Below the pieces are notes generated by a model. It was not told where the DNA came from and searched no databases. It saw only the letters and a list, made by a program, of their open reading frames with translations. From IMG/VR virus record IMGVR_UViG_3300021197_000796, positions 1 to 50,164 of that record: a stretch of DNA of 50,164 bases; one strand, given 5' to 3'. A program made the position numbers and the translations under genes. Positions 34,554-44,810 of this stretch are shown here, one piece after another (the first letter of the stretch is position 1; each line of letters begins with the position of its first letter). Source of the stretch: a virus. Taxonomy: Duplodnaviria > Caudoviricetes.

Positions 34554-37313
34554 TTAAACTACCTTTCTACCGTAGCCTTTAGCCACGTAATCAAACAGTG
34601 CAGAGTTAGTGCTGACACTAGTTCCTGTGTAAGTGGTGATAGTGAAACCTGAACTGGTTTTATTCGAGATTTCATATCTGTCTCCGTTAGCGAGTGTCGC
34701 AGCGATACCTAATGCTGGCGCTTCTTTGAACTCTACAGGGAACGTAACTGTCTCTGAACCTGTGTAAGTGATGTCGTTAGCAGAAGCTACTCTGTCTGGC
34801 ATATCTACTGTTGCAGACAAAGAGGTAACAGCGGGTGCCATACCTTCGGACTGAGTTTCAAGTAAAACCCTGAACCTAAAGGCTCTAGTTGTGATGTCAC
34901 TGACCGTTAAGTCCTGCCAGTCTGACCAAGTAGGTGTACCACTAGGATCGTCATCTGTGTAAGAAACTTGACTCCTTACGTCAATCAGGTCAAACTTACT
35001 TGGGTCTCCATCGAAATCTCCCTCTCTTACGTCAAAGTTTCCAGTTGCATCATCAAAAGTGTCGATGTAGTCGAGTAAAACTACGTCCATATCTATCTGA
35101 ACACGGCTTGTGAACTTAGCACCTAAGTCTACCTCATCTTCAAAGTAGTAGATACCTAAGAGTGCAGCCCTGTCTGTTAACGTAAGTCCGTCAACCAAGG
35201 CCCCACCAACAACCTCTACGTTATCTTTAATACCAAGGAAATTCGGATCTTCTTCTAAAAGCTCAACTGCATTCAAAGATTCCACCCCAGCCACGTCAGT
35301 AGACACAACAAAGCTAGCATCTGCCTCGCTGAGCTTCCCAAGTTTATCTACAGCTTTAATGAAGTAAGTTCCAGACCTTGCAGGTACAGTGACGCTAACA
35401 GCAGGTCTAGAGACCTTCTCAACTAAGCTGACAGAGTTTTGATACAAGGCACCTGAAGTCTTCTTAGAGTACCTGATTTTGTAGTGAGATAAGTCTAAGT
35501 CTCCTACCGCCTTCCAATTCAAGTGCAACAAGCTTCCAACAACATTACCTGTGAAGTTCTGTACATCCTCGGGAGGATCAGAGAATGCGGAGGAATACCA
35601 GTTCTCTACTGTGTTGTAAGAGCTTTTTACATTAAAGATGTTTACGGTTCTAGTTCGAACGTCATAGTAGCCGTCTTGAATGAGGTTCACCCTGAACTCT
35701 CTACTAGAAGACTGACCTACAAAAATCCAATTGGCGCTACCTGAAGGTTTGTACTCCACCTCGTAGGTATTACTGAAGCCTCCTACAGAGCCAGTGAGAT
35801 CAATAACAAGAACCCCAACAACCTCTTCGTTAACAATAGAGAGTTCACTACTCAAGGAAATACCAGAAGCCACAGAAAGAAGTGGATCTGGCAGGTTAGC
35901 GTTATCCCTTTCGTAAACAGCACCGTCGTCTACTTCATCGAAGATAGATTCAGAGGTCTCTTTAAGCGTCAGGTTCACTTGTAGGTCAAGGCCCTCAACA
36001 AGACCGAAGGTCCAAGAGATAACTTCGAACTCTTTGTCTTGCCAACCAAACCTAGAGTTAGTTAAAGTGACATTATCGCCAACCTGAACCTCTAGCGCTC
36101 TTAGGCCAAAAGCTGCGGTAACGACAAGCTGCTGCCTGTTGCTCTCAAGGGTAATCCGAGCTAAACGTCTAGCTTCAACAAAGGTGCTTGTGAAAGGTAG
36201 GTCTACGTCAACTACAGATTCCTGCCCGTTGTCCGCTACGAGAAAAGCGTTGTTAGTTACCTGTGGGTAGTCTGTGACCTCCCAGTTAGACTCCTGACCT
36301 CGAAAGGTTCCCTTTACAACATTAAAGTTGTCTCTACGAGAGTGTCTTGTGGAAACACTTACACTAGATCTCAGGTCGTCTTCATTGAAATTAAGCACGG
36401 GTGCTGTCCAGTAAGCAGGCTTCATGCGCCACTTACCCTGAGAGTACCACAAACTTCCACCCATAGAACTCAGAACATCCTCCATGATGTCTGAAGGGAT
36501 CTCAGCGGTTGTGAACACGCCATTACAACTGAACTTGTCTTTACCATTGATGTGAGCGTCGCATACGTTTTTAGCGGCTATCACTAAGTCATCGTCGATG
36601 TTAGCGTCGGCTTCCCCTAATCCATAAGCAGTGTTAGTTAGGTAGTCCCGTAGGCACAGTGCAGGGTTGTCTGACCAAGCTACGGCTCCCGTGCTAGGGT
36701 CTTCTACCTTCTTACCTTTTACAAGTGCAGTTACTGTAGGTACGCCGTTAGGGAAGGAGTCTGAGTCATATGTGAACTTCACGTAGATATAAGCGATCCC
36801 ACGGAGCCTGTGGTTATTTGTCCACAAATTGTTAGAGGAGGCTACAAGGGAAGATTGAGCTGTTTGATTGTCTGTACCAGACTTCGTGCGAATGACGACC
36901 TTATCTGCGTACTTAGCAGGAGATGTAACTATCCCGCTACTGTCAATCGTGACCTCTTCTCCATTCAGATAGAACTCGCTGAACTCTTCGACCTCATGCC
37001 CAGCAACAGCAATAACCCTGTGCAGGTATTGGTTGTTGTCGCCTGTAGCTTCGTCATAAACTATCGCACCACCAGTACGAACCTCTCCGTAGATTATTTG
37101 GTGGTCGAGCGCAGCTCCTCTGGTGTTTACTTGATAGCCCCTATTGGCAACACTTGTTGCTCTAGGTTTAGGCATCAAAGCCCTCATAGCAGCACCAAGG
37201 ACTAAGTGTGTAGCAGCGCCAACAGCAGCCAAGACGCCTAAGTATGAAGTGCTAAGACCTACAGCGGCTAAAACCGAACCTCCTAGACCTATAAGGGAGC
37301 TTATGATAACCAT
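34554..37313 (-). CDS. Central tail tip protein (lambda J-like, FN3 domains)
   Basis: IIYGEVRTGG, LRGIAYIY, VKGKKV, WSDNPALCLRDYL; 919 aa. Confidence 0.85.
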   Translation of the reverse strand: MVIISSLIGLGGSVLAAVGLSTSYLGVLAAVGAATHLVLGAAMRALMPKPRATSVANRGYQVNTRGAALDHQIIYGEVRTGGAIVYDEATGDNNQYLHRVIAVAGHEVEEFSEFYLNGEEVTIDSSGIVTSPAKYADKVVIRTKSGTDNQTAQSSLVASSNNLWTNNHRLRGIAYIYVKFTYDSDSFPNGVPTVTALVKGKKVEDPSTGAVAWSDNPALCLRDYLTNTAYGLGEADANIDDDLVIAAKNVCDAHINGKDKFSCNGVFTTAEIPSDIMEDVLSSMGGSLWYSQGKWRMKPAYWTAPVLNFNEDDLRSSVSVSTRHSRRDNFNVVKGTFRGQESNWEVTDYPQVTNNAFLVADNGQESVVDVDLPFTSTFVEARRLARITLESNRQQLVVTAAFGLRALEVQVGDNVTLTNSRFGWQDKEFEVISWTFGLVEGLDLQVNLTLKETSESIFDEVDDGAVYERDNANLPDPLLSVASGISLSSELSIVNEEVVGVLVIDLTGSVGGFSNTYEVEYKPSGSANWIFVGQSSSREFRVNLIQDGYYDVRTRTVNIFNVKSSYNTVENWYSSAFSDPPEDVQNFTGNVVGSLLHLNWKAVGDLDLSHYKIRYSKKTSGALYQNSVSLVEKVSRPAVSVTVPARSGTYFIKAVDKLGKLSEADASFVVSTDVAGVESLNAVELLEEDPNFLGIKDNVEVVGGALVDGLTLTDRAALLGIYYFEDEVDLGAKFTSRVQIDMDVVLLDYIDTFDDATGNFDVREGDFDGDPSKFDLIDVRSQVSYTDDDPSGTPTWSDWQDLTVSDITTRAFRFRVLLETQSEGMAPAVTSLSATVDMPDRVASANDITYTGSETVTFPVEFKEAPALGIAATLANGDRYEISNKTSSGFTITTYTGTSVSTNSALFDYVAKGYGRKVV

Positions 37314-37314
37314 G

Positions 37315-37764
37315 TTATAACACCTTTTCGTACTTAGTTTCTATCTCGTTGTACCCGAGGCGATTAAGAAATGCACCAATAGGGTTCTTCTTAGAGGAAG
37401 ACGCGACAACCCTGTAGATGCCATCCTCTTTAATGCAAGCCTCTACGAAACTAAACAGCCGTCTAGCTACCATAGACTTCCTGTAGTCCTTATGTACATA
37501 CACAGCGTCATAAGATGCTACAAGCTGCCCTTTTGTTGTGAAAGGTTGAGACACTAGGACCACGAAGTACCCCACTAGGACACCTTCTTTTCTTGCAGTG
37601 AAGAACTTCAGGATTCCTGCCTCTTCTAAACCGAAGTAGCTATCCCAGTCAATAACCAAAGCCTCTGTAGGATGCCCTGACTCTTCCCACTCAAGCTCTG
37701 CTAGGGGTCTAACTTCGTCCTCGCAATGACACAAGAACTCTTGTTGATAAGTAGTAGAACTCAT
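37315..37764 (-). CDS. GNAT-family acetyltransferase-like protein
   Basis: LVGYF, AVYVHKDYRKS, FLNRLGY. Confidence 0.8.
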   Translation of the reverse strand: MSSTTYQQEFLCHCEDEVRPLAELEWEESGHPTEALVIDWDSYFGLEEAGILKFFTARKEGVLVGYFVVLVSQPFTTKGQLVASYDAVYVHKDYRKSMVARRLFSFVEACIKEDGIYRVVASSSKKNPIGAFLNRLGYNEIETKYEKVL

Positions 37765-38387
37765 TCTTTACGCCCCCAAGGCACTGTCTTGTCCTGCATG
37801 GACTCCACGAAATCTAAACCTAGGTCTCCCGCGAACTTAGACTTCTGGTATCCAGAGGTGAATCTTGCAACCCTTGCTCGTTCTAGGTTAATCAGCTTAT
37901 TCTCTACCGTGAGTTCAATAGTAGAAGTTTGTGGACCCTCTTCTATGTTCATCTGATCCATGTAACCTGAGAACATCTGGTTGAACCCTGTCTTGTTAGA
38001 CTCTAGACCAACCTTAGATCCGTCTTCGTACAAGATGAAAGCCCCGCCCTCCTGAAGCAACCTGCCCCGTAGGAAGTTACCGAAGTAAATATTGCACACA
38101 CGACCCTGATAAGGCTCACTGAGTGCTAAGGAGAGAAGTTCACTAGGGATGCCAGACATAGTTACGGTAGCACCCTTAGCGGCCATCTCTTGTGTCTCTT
38201 CGACAGAGGATATCTCAATGAGTTCCCCTGCCCCATACCACTCTGTACCGTCTTCAAGCGTAAGTAGACCTACACCTGTCCAAGTACGGACTGTGTTGTC
38301 GTCAAACAAAAGTTCTACTGCAAAGAAGGGATAAAAGACTTCTTCACCTAGAGCGTCTAGGGTGTTGAGAGATAGGTCGCGAGACAT
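37761..38387 (-). CDS. Tail tip/hub protein
   Basis: Position; FSGYMDQM, GDLGLDFV...VPWG. Confidence 0.7.
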   Translation of the reverse strand: MSRDLSLNTLDALGEEVFYPFFAVELLFDDNTVRTWTGVGLLTLEDGTEWYGAGELIEISSVEETQEMAAKGATVTMSGIPSELLSLALSEPYQGRVCNIYFGNFLRGRLLQEGGAFILYEDGSKVGLESNKTGFNQMFSGYMDQMNIEEGPQTSTIELTVENKLINLERARVARFTSGYQKSKFAGDLGLDFVESMQDKTVPWGRKE

Positions 38388-38524
38388 TAGTTACTCCTCA
38401 TTCGGGTTAGGGTGTGTGTTGAACTTATTATGACGGGCGCTCATCAACAGGTATGTACGGTGTCCACCACTCTAAGTTTTCTTAAATATGACCTTCATCA
38501 TATGTATTCAGTACCGTCTTAATC

Positions 38525-39589
38525 TCACTTGACACCTTCTACTACCGCGAGTCTTGTTTCAAGGTCTTCAACCTTTATAAGTGCTTCTTTCAAGGCGGCA
38601 GTTAGGATCGGAGTCAGCTTAGAGTAATCTACGCTTTGGTATTGGGGGGTGCTACGGATACCCATTACCGCCCCCTCTGTTTCCGTAGCTGGTGTGATTT
38701 CGTACTCTTCGTCACGCATGGCATCTTTCTCACCAGATACAGCGCGGGGGTGTAGATCCTGTAGTTCATGAGCTAAGAAACCGTCGTGCCACTCTGCACT
38801 GTCACTTTTAAAGGTGTAAGTACACGGATTCATTGCTTTAACGATATCAGAAGCACCCTGAATAGGGGTGACATTATCCTTGAGGCGGTAATCTGACGTA
38901 GTGTTGTATGTTGTCGAGGATCCTGACGTGTTAATGTTTCCTATAGTGCCGTTCGGGTTAACAAAACCTACCGCATTCGTGGATGTCGTTGCTGTAGAAA
39001 TAACTGCAATGCCTGCGAAAGAACCTGTATCGGCGTTTACTTGGAAAACAGGGTTTCCGATAGTACCATCAGAATATGGTGTGGCTCTGTTTACCAGAAC
39101 TTTACTATCGCTGTCGATACGCATGGCTTCCACAAGAGCAGCATCGTTAGCAGCAGTATTGAATATCAAAGCTGTGTCGGAATTGCTGTCAGTGTCGCTA
39201 GTTTTAACCGCAAAAATAGCTGCGCCTTCATGGGAGCTGTAAACCGCCTCGGGAATATAGAAAGACATCTTAACGCCGTCACCTACAACAAGGTTAGGGT
39301 TTGGCAAGGCTTCTTTTACCTCTAACCTCAGAACCTCAACAGGCTCCCCCGAGGGGGTTGTATCATTGTGAGGTTCACTAATGTGCATAGGTGCTTGTGG
39401 GGCATCTGTACCAATACCTAAGCTCTCAGCAGTGACAGTACCTGTGACGTCTACATCAGTGAATAGTTCATTAACTGTGATCTTCTTAGTAGCTGACTCA
39501 CTCGTGTCTACAACAGGGAGGACGTCATTGGCTTTATCTAATGCAGCATTAGTAATACTAGGTAGTTCAGAGATTTTCTTATCTGCCAT
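38525..39589 (-). CDS. Tail fibre with C-terminal intramolecular chaperone (peptidase S74) domain
   Basis: MADKKISEL N-terminus; TSDYRLKDN, GFLAHEL, VDYSKLTPILTAALKE. Confidence 0.88.
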   Translation of the reverse strand: MADKKISELPSITNAALDKANDVLPVVDTSESATKKITVNELFTDVDVTGTVTAESLGIGTDAPQAPMHISEPHNDTTPSGEPVEVLRLEVKEALPNPNLVVGDGVKMSFYIPEAVYSSHEGAAIFAVKTSDTDSNSDTALIFNTAANDAALVEAMRIDSDSKVLVNRATPYSDGTIGNPVFQVNADTGSFAGIAVISTATTSTNAVGFVNPNGTIGNINTSGSSTTYNTTSDYRLKDNVTPIQGASDIVKAMNPCTYTFKSDSAEWHDGFLAHELQDLHPRAVSGEKDAMRDEEYEITPATETEGAVMGIRSTPQYQSVDYSKLTPILTAALKEALIKVEDLETRLAVVEGVK

Positions 39590-39600
39590 GTTCTTATCCT

Positions 39601-40188
39601 TTAAGTAACAGATTCTACGGCTTCAAAAGATATACCGTAGGAACTTGCGTTGTTTATTGACCATGCTGTGATACTTTCGTTTAATCGAAAAACACCTTTT
39701 GCTTCGTTAAAGATCACTACTTCTGATGTGTAGTCGGACCTAAGCGGCGGCCAGATCTCTAATGACCCATCGCCATCTTGATCTAGAAGAACCTGATGCA
39801 GCTTAGCTGTTGCCCCTGCCCCTAGCTGAATGTAATCTCCAGCCTTAAAAGTGCCTGTCATGACCACATCAACAGACTCTTCACCAGCAACCCCCGTTAG
39901 GGTACAGGAACTCACAGTACCTTGTGGTGTAGCGTAGTCAGGGTCTCCTAGTAGGAATGTTCCAGTTTGACCCTTAAGACCCACCAGCATAGCCTTCCAC
40001 TCAGCAGCCTTGTCTCTACGAACAGAAGGTATGCTCACAGAGGCTTCCCACTTCTGGCCTCCATGAGAAATAACCTGCTGTTTGAAGGTAAAGGGAGACT
40101 GAGAGACAGCTACAGAATTAACTGCTCTTAGCTCAATATTCTCAATACCTATTGATGTTGGGGTACTCAGTGGATAACTCAATGCCAT
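39601..40188 (-). CDS. Distal tail protein candidate
   Basis: Directly after tape measure; SQSPFT, LEIWPPLR. Confidence 0.7.
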   Translation of the reverse strand: MALSYPLSTPTSIGIENIELRAVNSVAVSQSPFTFKQQVISHGGQKWEASVSIPSVRRDKAAEWKAMLVGLKGQTGTFLLGDPDYATPQGTVSSCTLTGVAGEESVDVVMTGTFKAGDYIQLGAGATAKLHQVLLDQDGDGSLEIWPPLRSDYTSEVVIFNEAKGVFRLNESITAWSINNASSYGISFEAVESVT

Positions 40189-40202
40189 GTTCTTTTGTCC
40201 TC

Positions 40203-42170
40203 TTACCCGAAGGCTGCTTTCATAGAGCCACCACGTCTGCGGCTGTCCATGATTTGTTTCTGTGTCACGTTAGCGATCTGTGGGATAGCTTGTGCGATAA
40301 TCTTCTTAACACTATCGTCACCATTAGCTTGGAAGGTGAATGACTGATGTATCACAACATTACCCTGAGAAGACCCTTCAGCTTGAACGCCCAGCTTACC
40401 ATTAGCACCACGCTTCAGTGGCATAATAGCTTCAGGTCCAGCTTCTCCCATGAGGCCAGTTTTACCGCCAGCCATAGGGAAGAACGTAGGACCACCAACG
40501 ACACCTCCGTCAGCATAGGCTTGGATTTGAGAACCGCCTGAGAAGGCACCACCATCAGCGAAACCGAAGAACGAGGTTACACTAGAAACAAGTTTCTTGA
40601 CGACTAGGACCCTATAGAGTTCCTTAATGATGTCACGAGCCATATCCCTGAAGGCATCTTTGACTGACTTAGTACCATCAATCATAGACATGAAACCATC
40701 TTCTAAGGTAGACTCCATGAAGCCTACGAGTTGCTTGCGTTGTTGTTCAGCTTCCTCAAAGACACGCTGGCGTTCCTTGTCTGCTGCAATCAAAGCTAGT
40801 GTACCCCTTAGCTCCGCTTCCTGTGCTGGACCGAATGCCTCCTTGTACTTCTGTTGTGCTTTGATTACTGCCTCTTGGACCTCACGTTTTGAACCAGAAA
40901 GGCCCACGAGCTTACCCTCTAGAGTAGCCTGTTGTTTAAGGCCTGCTAGGTACTCTCCGAGCGCTTCAGCGTCAGACTTTTTGGAACCGCCTCCACCTTT
41001 GCTGGGCTTCTTGGTTTTATGCTCAACAGGTGTTTTTGGTGCTGCTGCCCTACTTTGTCCATACTCTTGGTACATCAACGCTTGCATAGCCTCTGGCGTA
41101 CTCGAACCAGAGAAAGCTATTTTAGCCCTTCTTGCATCTGCATCTGCCGCAGAATTAAGAGCGTTTGCTAGATCTACAGCCAAAGATTTCTGTTTTAACA
41201 AACCTTGGATAAGGTCTGGGTGCAACTTTAGTTGCTTAAGTTCTGCCTGGTAGATATCAATAGCTTGTGCCTTCTTCAGTCGTCGCACCTCCAGAGATTT
41301 TTCGCCGTGTTTGCCAATCAGAGTAAGTAGGCTTATTTCACGCCTTAAAGTTGTTTTTTCTTGATGGGCGTGTTCGTTACGGAGGTCTATTAGGGAACTT
41401 TGGTAGTCTCCAATCTTCTTGTGAATCGCTTCACGCTTACTTACGGCCCTGTTAACAGCATCCTCGGAATCTACAAGTAGCGCCTGCGCATTTAGACCCA
41501 TTCGGGTTTGTGCTAGCCCTTTTTCTACAAAGTCGTTATACAAACGCTTTTTCTTGATCTGCTCGTCTTGTAGTTTCAGAATCTCTATGTGTAGGTCCCC
41601 CTCTTTTTTAAGGAGTTCGTCTACGTTCGCTGAAACAGTGGGAGTATTTTGCAGTTCCGCCAGTTCCGCCTTAAGACTTTTGATCTCTTCAGTTAGCCCT
41701 TTAGCTGCCTTTTTTCCCTTCATCAAGGGTGCAATTAAGGCAGTACCAATGGCTAGGGCAGCACCAGCTAAAGCGCCTCCTGCACCAAAGATGCCTAACA
41801 ACTGAGCACCCTGTTGTCCGAGGGCAACCATGACGTTAGTGCCACCTTGCACCTGAACAGCAAAGTCGCCAACCTGATAACCAACCTGTTGTAAGTTAGC
41901 ACCCATTCGGTTAATTCTTTTACCCGCAAGAGCTTGTGCAGCAGCGTGCTGTTTTGTTGAAGCAGTAAGTTGGTTGGTGGTTTTAGTTAAAGATTTGTAC
42001 TTTGCGTCTAGCTGTGCAACACCTTTGGAATACTGTTGGGCTGTCATCTTGCCTTTATTAAAAGTCTTGTCTAGCCTCTTGTACTCTCGCTCCATGCGTT
42101 CAGCAAGACTAATGGCTTTCACCATATCCTGCTGTCCGACCACTTCCATAATTACCTGTATATCAGCCAT
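40203..42170 (-). CDS. Tape measure protein
   Basis: QQVGYQVGDFAVQVQGG, helical core, FADGG/GLMGEAGPEAIMPL C-terminus. Confidence 0.92.
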   Translation of the reverse strand: MADIQVIMEVVGQQDMVKAISLAERMEREYKRLDKTFNKGKMTAQQYSKGVAQLDAKYKSLTKTTNQLTASTKQHAAAQALAGKRINRMGANLQQVGYQVGDFAVQVQGGTNVMVALGQQGAQLLGIFGAGGALAGAALAIGTALIAPLMKGKKAAKGLTEEIKSLKAELAELQNTPTVSANVDELLKKEGDLHIEILKLQDEQIKKKRLYNDFVEKGLAQTRMGLNAQALLVDSEDAVNRAVSKREAIHKKIGDYQSSLIDLRNEHAHQEKTTLRREISLLTLIGKHGEKSLEVRRLKKAQAIDIYQAELKQLKLHPDLIQGLLKQKSLAVDLANALNSAADADARRAKIAFSGSSTPEAMQALMYQEYGQSRAAAPKTPVEHKTKKPSKGGGGSKKSDAEALGEYLAGLKQQATLEGKLVGLSGSKREVQEAVIKAQQKYKEAFGPAQEAELRGTLALIAADKERQRVFEEAEQQRKQLVGFMESTLEDGFMSMIDGTKSVKDAFRDMARDIIKELYRVLVVKKLVSSVTSFFGFADGGAFSGGSQIQAYADGGVVGGPTFFPMAGGKTGLMGEAGPEAIMPLKRGANGKLGVQAEGSSQGNVVIHQSFTFQANGDDSVKKIIAQAIPQIANVTQKQIMDSRRRGGSMKAAFG

Positions 42171-42515
42171 TGGCTACCCCCATATAAACTGTATCAAGAC
42201 GTATAATCGCTTCCACTTCCCAAGTAGCGACAGGTGTCTCAGTCAGTTCCTTCCATGCTTTAATTTGTTCGTATGTTATCGGGTTAGGGCCAGAAAACCC
42301 AGCGGTTCTACTGTTGTTCAAAACGCAAAAGGCAGACCAGACATGAGACAAAAGCTGAGGAAATACTGTCGGGGATTCCAGTGCTTCAAGTCTACGTCCG
42401 ATCTGCCCTTCTACTTGTTCAAGATGTTGTCGTTCCGTAATGCCGTCCTTGTCAGGCTTGTTGAGTTTGAACTGGTGTTCAGACCACTCGCACAACTGAG
42501 AAGTTAGGCTTTCGT
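42163..42515 (-). CDS. Tail assembly chaperone T part (reached by -1 frameshift)
   Basis: No good independent start; -1 frame open from the G_GAT_TTT site; NPITYEQIKAW. Confidence 0.7.
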
Positions 42516-42902
42516 AAAATCCAGAGAGTTAGCTAAAGCCTCCTCAATTTGGTCCTTAATCCAGAACACTTCTTCGTACAACTCTTTGGCTTTAGCAACT
42601 GTGAGCTTAGGGTTATTACCACCGTAAGTGATGTTCCACTCTGACGTAACCTCTGATAGTAACGTAAGGGATGCATCTTCAAGATCTTGAGCTGTAACCT
42701 CTTGCTTCTTGCCAGACTGCATAGCCTTAATACGCTTGTTTGTCTGTTTGTGTAGCGCAGATTTATACTCCTTAGCATGGCTTGCGTGTACTGTAATAGT
42801 CATGTCAGACTTGTCGTCATTCTTAAGGACGTCGCCAGTGTTAGGGTGCACTAATGTAACTTCTAAAGTGTCACTAGAAGGTTTAAGGTTCATCAAATCC
42901 AT
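42504..42902 (-). CDS. Tail assembly chaperone G
   Basis: Between major tail and tape measure genes; start MDLMNLK with AAGGA RBS. Confidence 0.8.
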   Translation of the reverse strand: MDLMNLKPSSDTLEVTLVHPNTGDVLKNDDKSDMTITVHASHAKEYKSALHKQTNKRIKAMQSGKKQEVTAQDLEDASLTLLSEVTSEWNITYGGNNPKLTVAKAKELYEEVFWIKDQIEEALANSLDFTKA

Positions 42903-42992
42903 TGTCGGGTTCCTTTGGTTTATAAAGTCGGGTATGAGATAATTGGGGCCAGCACCACCCGACACAGCGCCAGCCCCTCCCTTGCGGGATTC

Positions 42993-43913
42993 TTATGAAC
43001 GAGTAATCTCTAAGTTAGTATTCTCAGTTTCGTCATACAGAGCAACAAAAGACATATTGATGATACGGCTGTTAGGGCCATCTACACCAACGTCAGCAGA
43101 GTTGATCTTGACACGTGGGAACAAGAACGTATAAGAGTTACTACCTGTAGGGTCATCTACAGATACAGAAATAGCTGTCTCAGTTTCATCAAGGAAACGG
43201 TTGATAAGTGCAGCATCCTCGAAGTACGCAGTAAGAGTACCTTCGATCTCCGCACGACCAACTTCTAAACAAGGAGCACTGTCGTCACCGATAACAAAGG
43301 TAGGTGCGAAAGAGTTGTTCAGAGTGAAGTCGATACCAGTAACGATAGCTGAGGTAGTAGGAGAACCTACGTTACCGATAGCCAAGTCGCCTGAGTAAGC
43401 ATCGAACGGGGAGTTACCAGAGGGAGCATCTTGCGTCTTCTCTGTAGTACCCATGCTCATGTCTTTACCTACCATACTGAAGGTAGTAGCTACCATCTGG
43501 TTAGGTGCGATAGAAATAGCCATGCTAGACACTGTGCAACCAGTGAATACACGAGCTTGGTCGATATCCGCAGCGTAGTCTTCAATAGAGAAGTATTTAG
43601 GGGTAGTACCTACCTTTATAATTAGGGGGTTACCTAAATCCCAGTCGTTAAGCATGGCAGAGGCTATTAACGTATCGTAGTCACCTTTACGGAGGTCAGC
43701 AACGATATCACCACCTGCCTGACGGTTGCCATGACGGTCAACTCGTGTCATACGGTCAGCTTGGATGTCGTTACCTGCCACTCGTTCTTTAGTAAGGTTC
43801 AGTGAGTGCGTACTGAATGGTAGGTTCGTGAAGTTACCAGCAGGTGTAGTACCGAAAGTAGATTCGACAATATACGAAAGGCTGGAACGGGAACCCTGTG
43901 CGAAACAAGTCAT
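42993..43913 (-). CDS. Major tail tube protein
   Basis: 306 aa; ESTFGTTP, GRAEIEGTLTAYFED, FLFPRVK; position. Confidence 0.88.
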   Translation of the reverse strand: MTCFAQGSRSSLSYIVESTFGTTPAGNFTNLPFSTHSLNLTKERVAGNDIQADRMTRVDRHGNRQAGGDIVADLRKGDYDTLIASAMLNDWDLGNPLIIKVGTTPKYFSIEDYAADIDQARVFTGCTVSSMAISIAPNQMVATTFSMVGKDMSMGTTEKTQDAPSGNSPFDAYSGDLAIGNVGSPTTSAIVTGIDFTLNNSFAPTFVIGDDSAPCLEVGRAEIEGTLTAYFEDAALINRFLDETETAISVSVDDPTGSNSYTFLFPRVKINSADVGVDGPNSRIINMSFVALYDETENTNLEITRS

Positions 43914-43922
43914 CTAAGTCTC

Positions 43923-44342
43923 CTAATTGTAGATGAACCAGCCGATGTTGACTGGGATTAAATACCAAGGAGCATCAGTTATTCCAATGCTTCTCTCAGC
44001 GTAGTCTATGCAAACAGTGTAGTCGTCACTGCCGTCATTGTAGGTTATATCAGTAGTGGCCTCGAAGCCTCCTAGTAGTTTCTCTACAATATCTTCACAT
44101 ACAGCAGGGCCAGAGCCTTCAGGTGCATACACGTTTAATGCAAGAAGTCCTCTGTATTCCTGTTGTGGATTAAGTCCTCTTACAGCGGGTCTACGCACTG
44201 TAGGCATATAAGCTACACGAATGAAGCTCTGGCCAGTTGTAGGCTCGTAAGGGACGTTCTCGTAGGCAATGTCGGGTAGTCCTGAGATAGTCGATAGGTG
44301 CGTCTCTAGCGCAGCCCTAATCTTTTTGTTGATGTCACTCAT
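43923..44342 (-). CDS. Tail terminator protein
   Basis: IAYENVPYEP, YAPEGSG; directly before the tail tube gene. Confidence 0.75.
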   Translation of the reverse strand: MSDINKKIRAALETHLSTISGLPDIAYENVPYEPTTGQSFIRVAYMPTVRRPAVRGLNPQQEYRGLLALNVYAPEGSGPAVCEDIVEKLLGGFEATTDITYNDGSDDYTVCIDYAERSIGITDAPWYLIPVNIGWFIYN

Positions 44343-44809
44343 GTCTTATCCGTAGCTCCTGCCTTTAATCTTCCAAAGATACGGTATCCGTTCTTAGGGG
44401 TGTGGTTTCCTTTAGGGCCAGTTGGCCCGTCAATACCATCCTCCACGAACCTAGCGTGATTAGAGTCATTCCTTAGAGTATAAAACTTTACTGAAAGAGG
44501 GTCGTTGTTAGCAAAAACTGCATTGATGTCACTCATGAGTAGTGCATGGCCCTCAGCTCTATCTGCCTCCGAACCTGTCTTCTTAGGAAACCTCCAGTTA
44601 GCGCCATCAACCCTGCGTCCTCTACTGCTAAAGTTACCCGCTTTAAAAGAGAAAGACTTAACGTAAGCACCAGACCAAACAGGAGACTCCCTGATGGCGA
44701 AGTTAGCCATACCTGTGAAGTGTTCCTTTAGTTCTGCGTTGACAATCTTAGTTGATCTATTTTTAATTTTATCAGATATACTAAGACCTTTAACTGTTAC
44801 TTGAGCCAT
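44339..44809 (-). CDS. Neck/tail completion protein (HK97 gp10-like)
   Basis: SPVWSGAY, HARFVE; position. Confidence 0.7.
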   Translation of the reverse strand: MAQVTVKGLSISDKIKNRSTKIVNAELKEHFTGMANFAIRESPVWSGAYVKSFSFKAGNFSSRGRRVDGANWRFPKKTGSEADRAEGHALLMSDINAVFANNDPLSVKFYTLRNDSNHARFVEDGIDGPTGPKGNHTPKNGYRIFGRLKAGATDKT

Positions 44810-44810
44810 A

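Noticed and set aside
40347-42507. Plus-strand ORFs over the tape measure gene
   Set aside because: Antisense shadows of a well-supported minus-strand gene.
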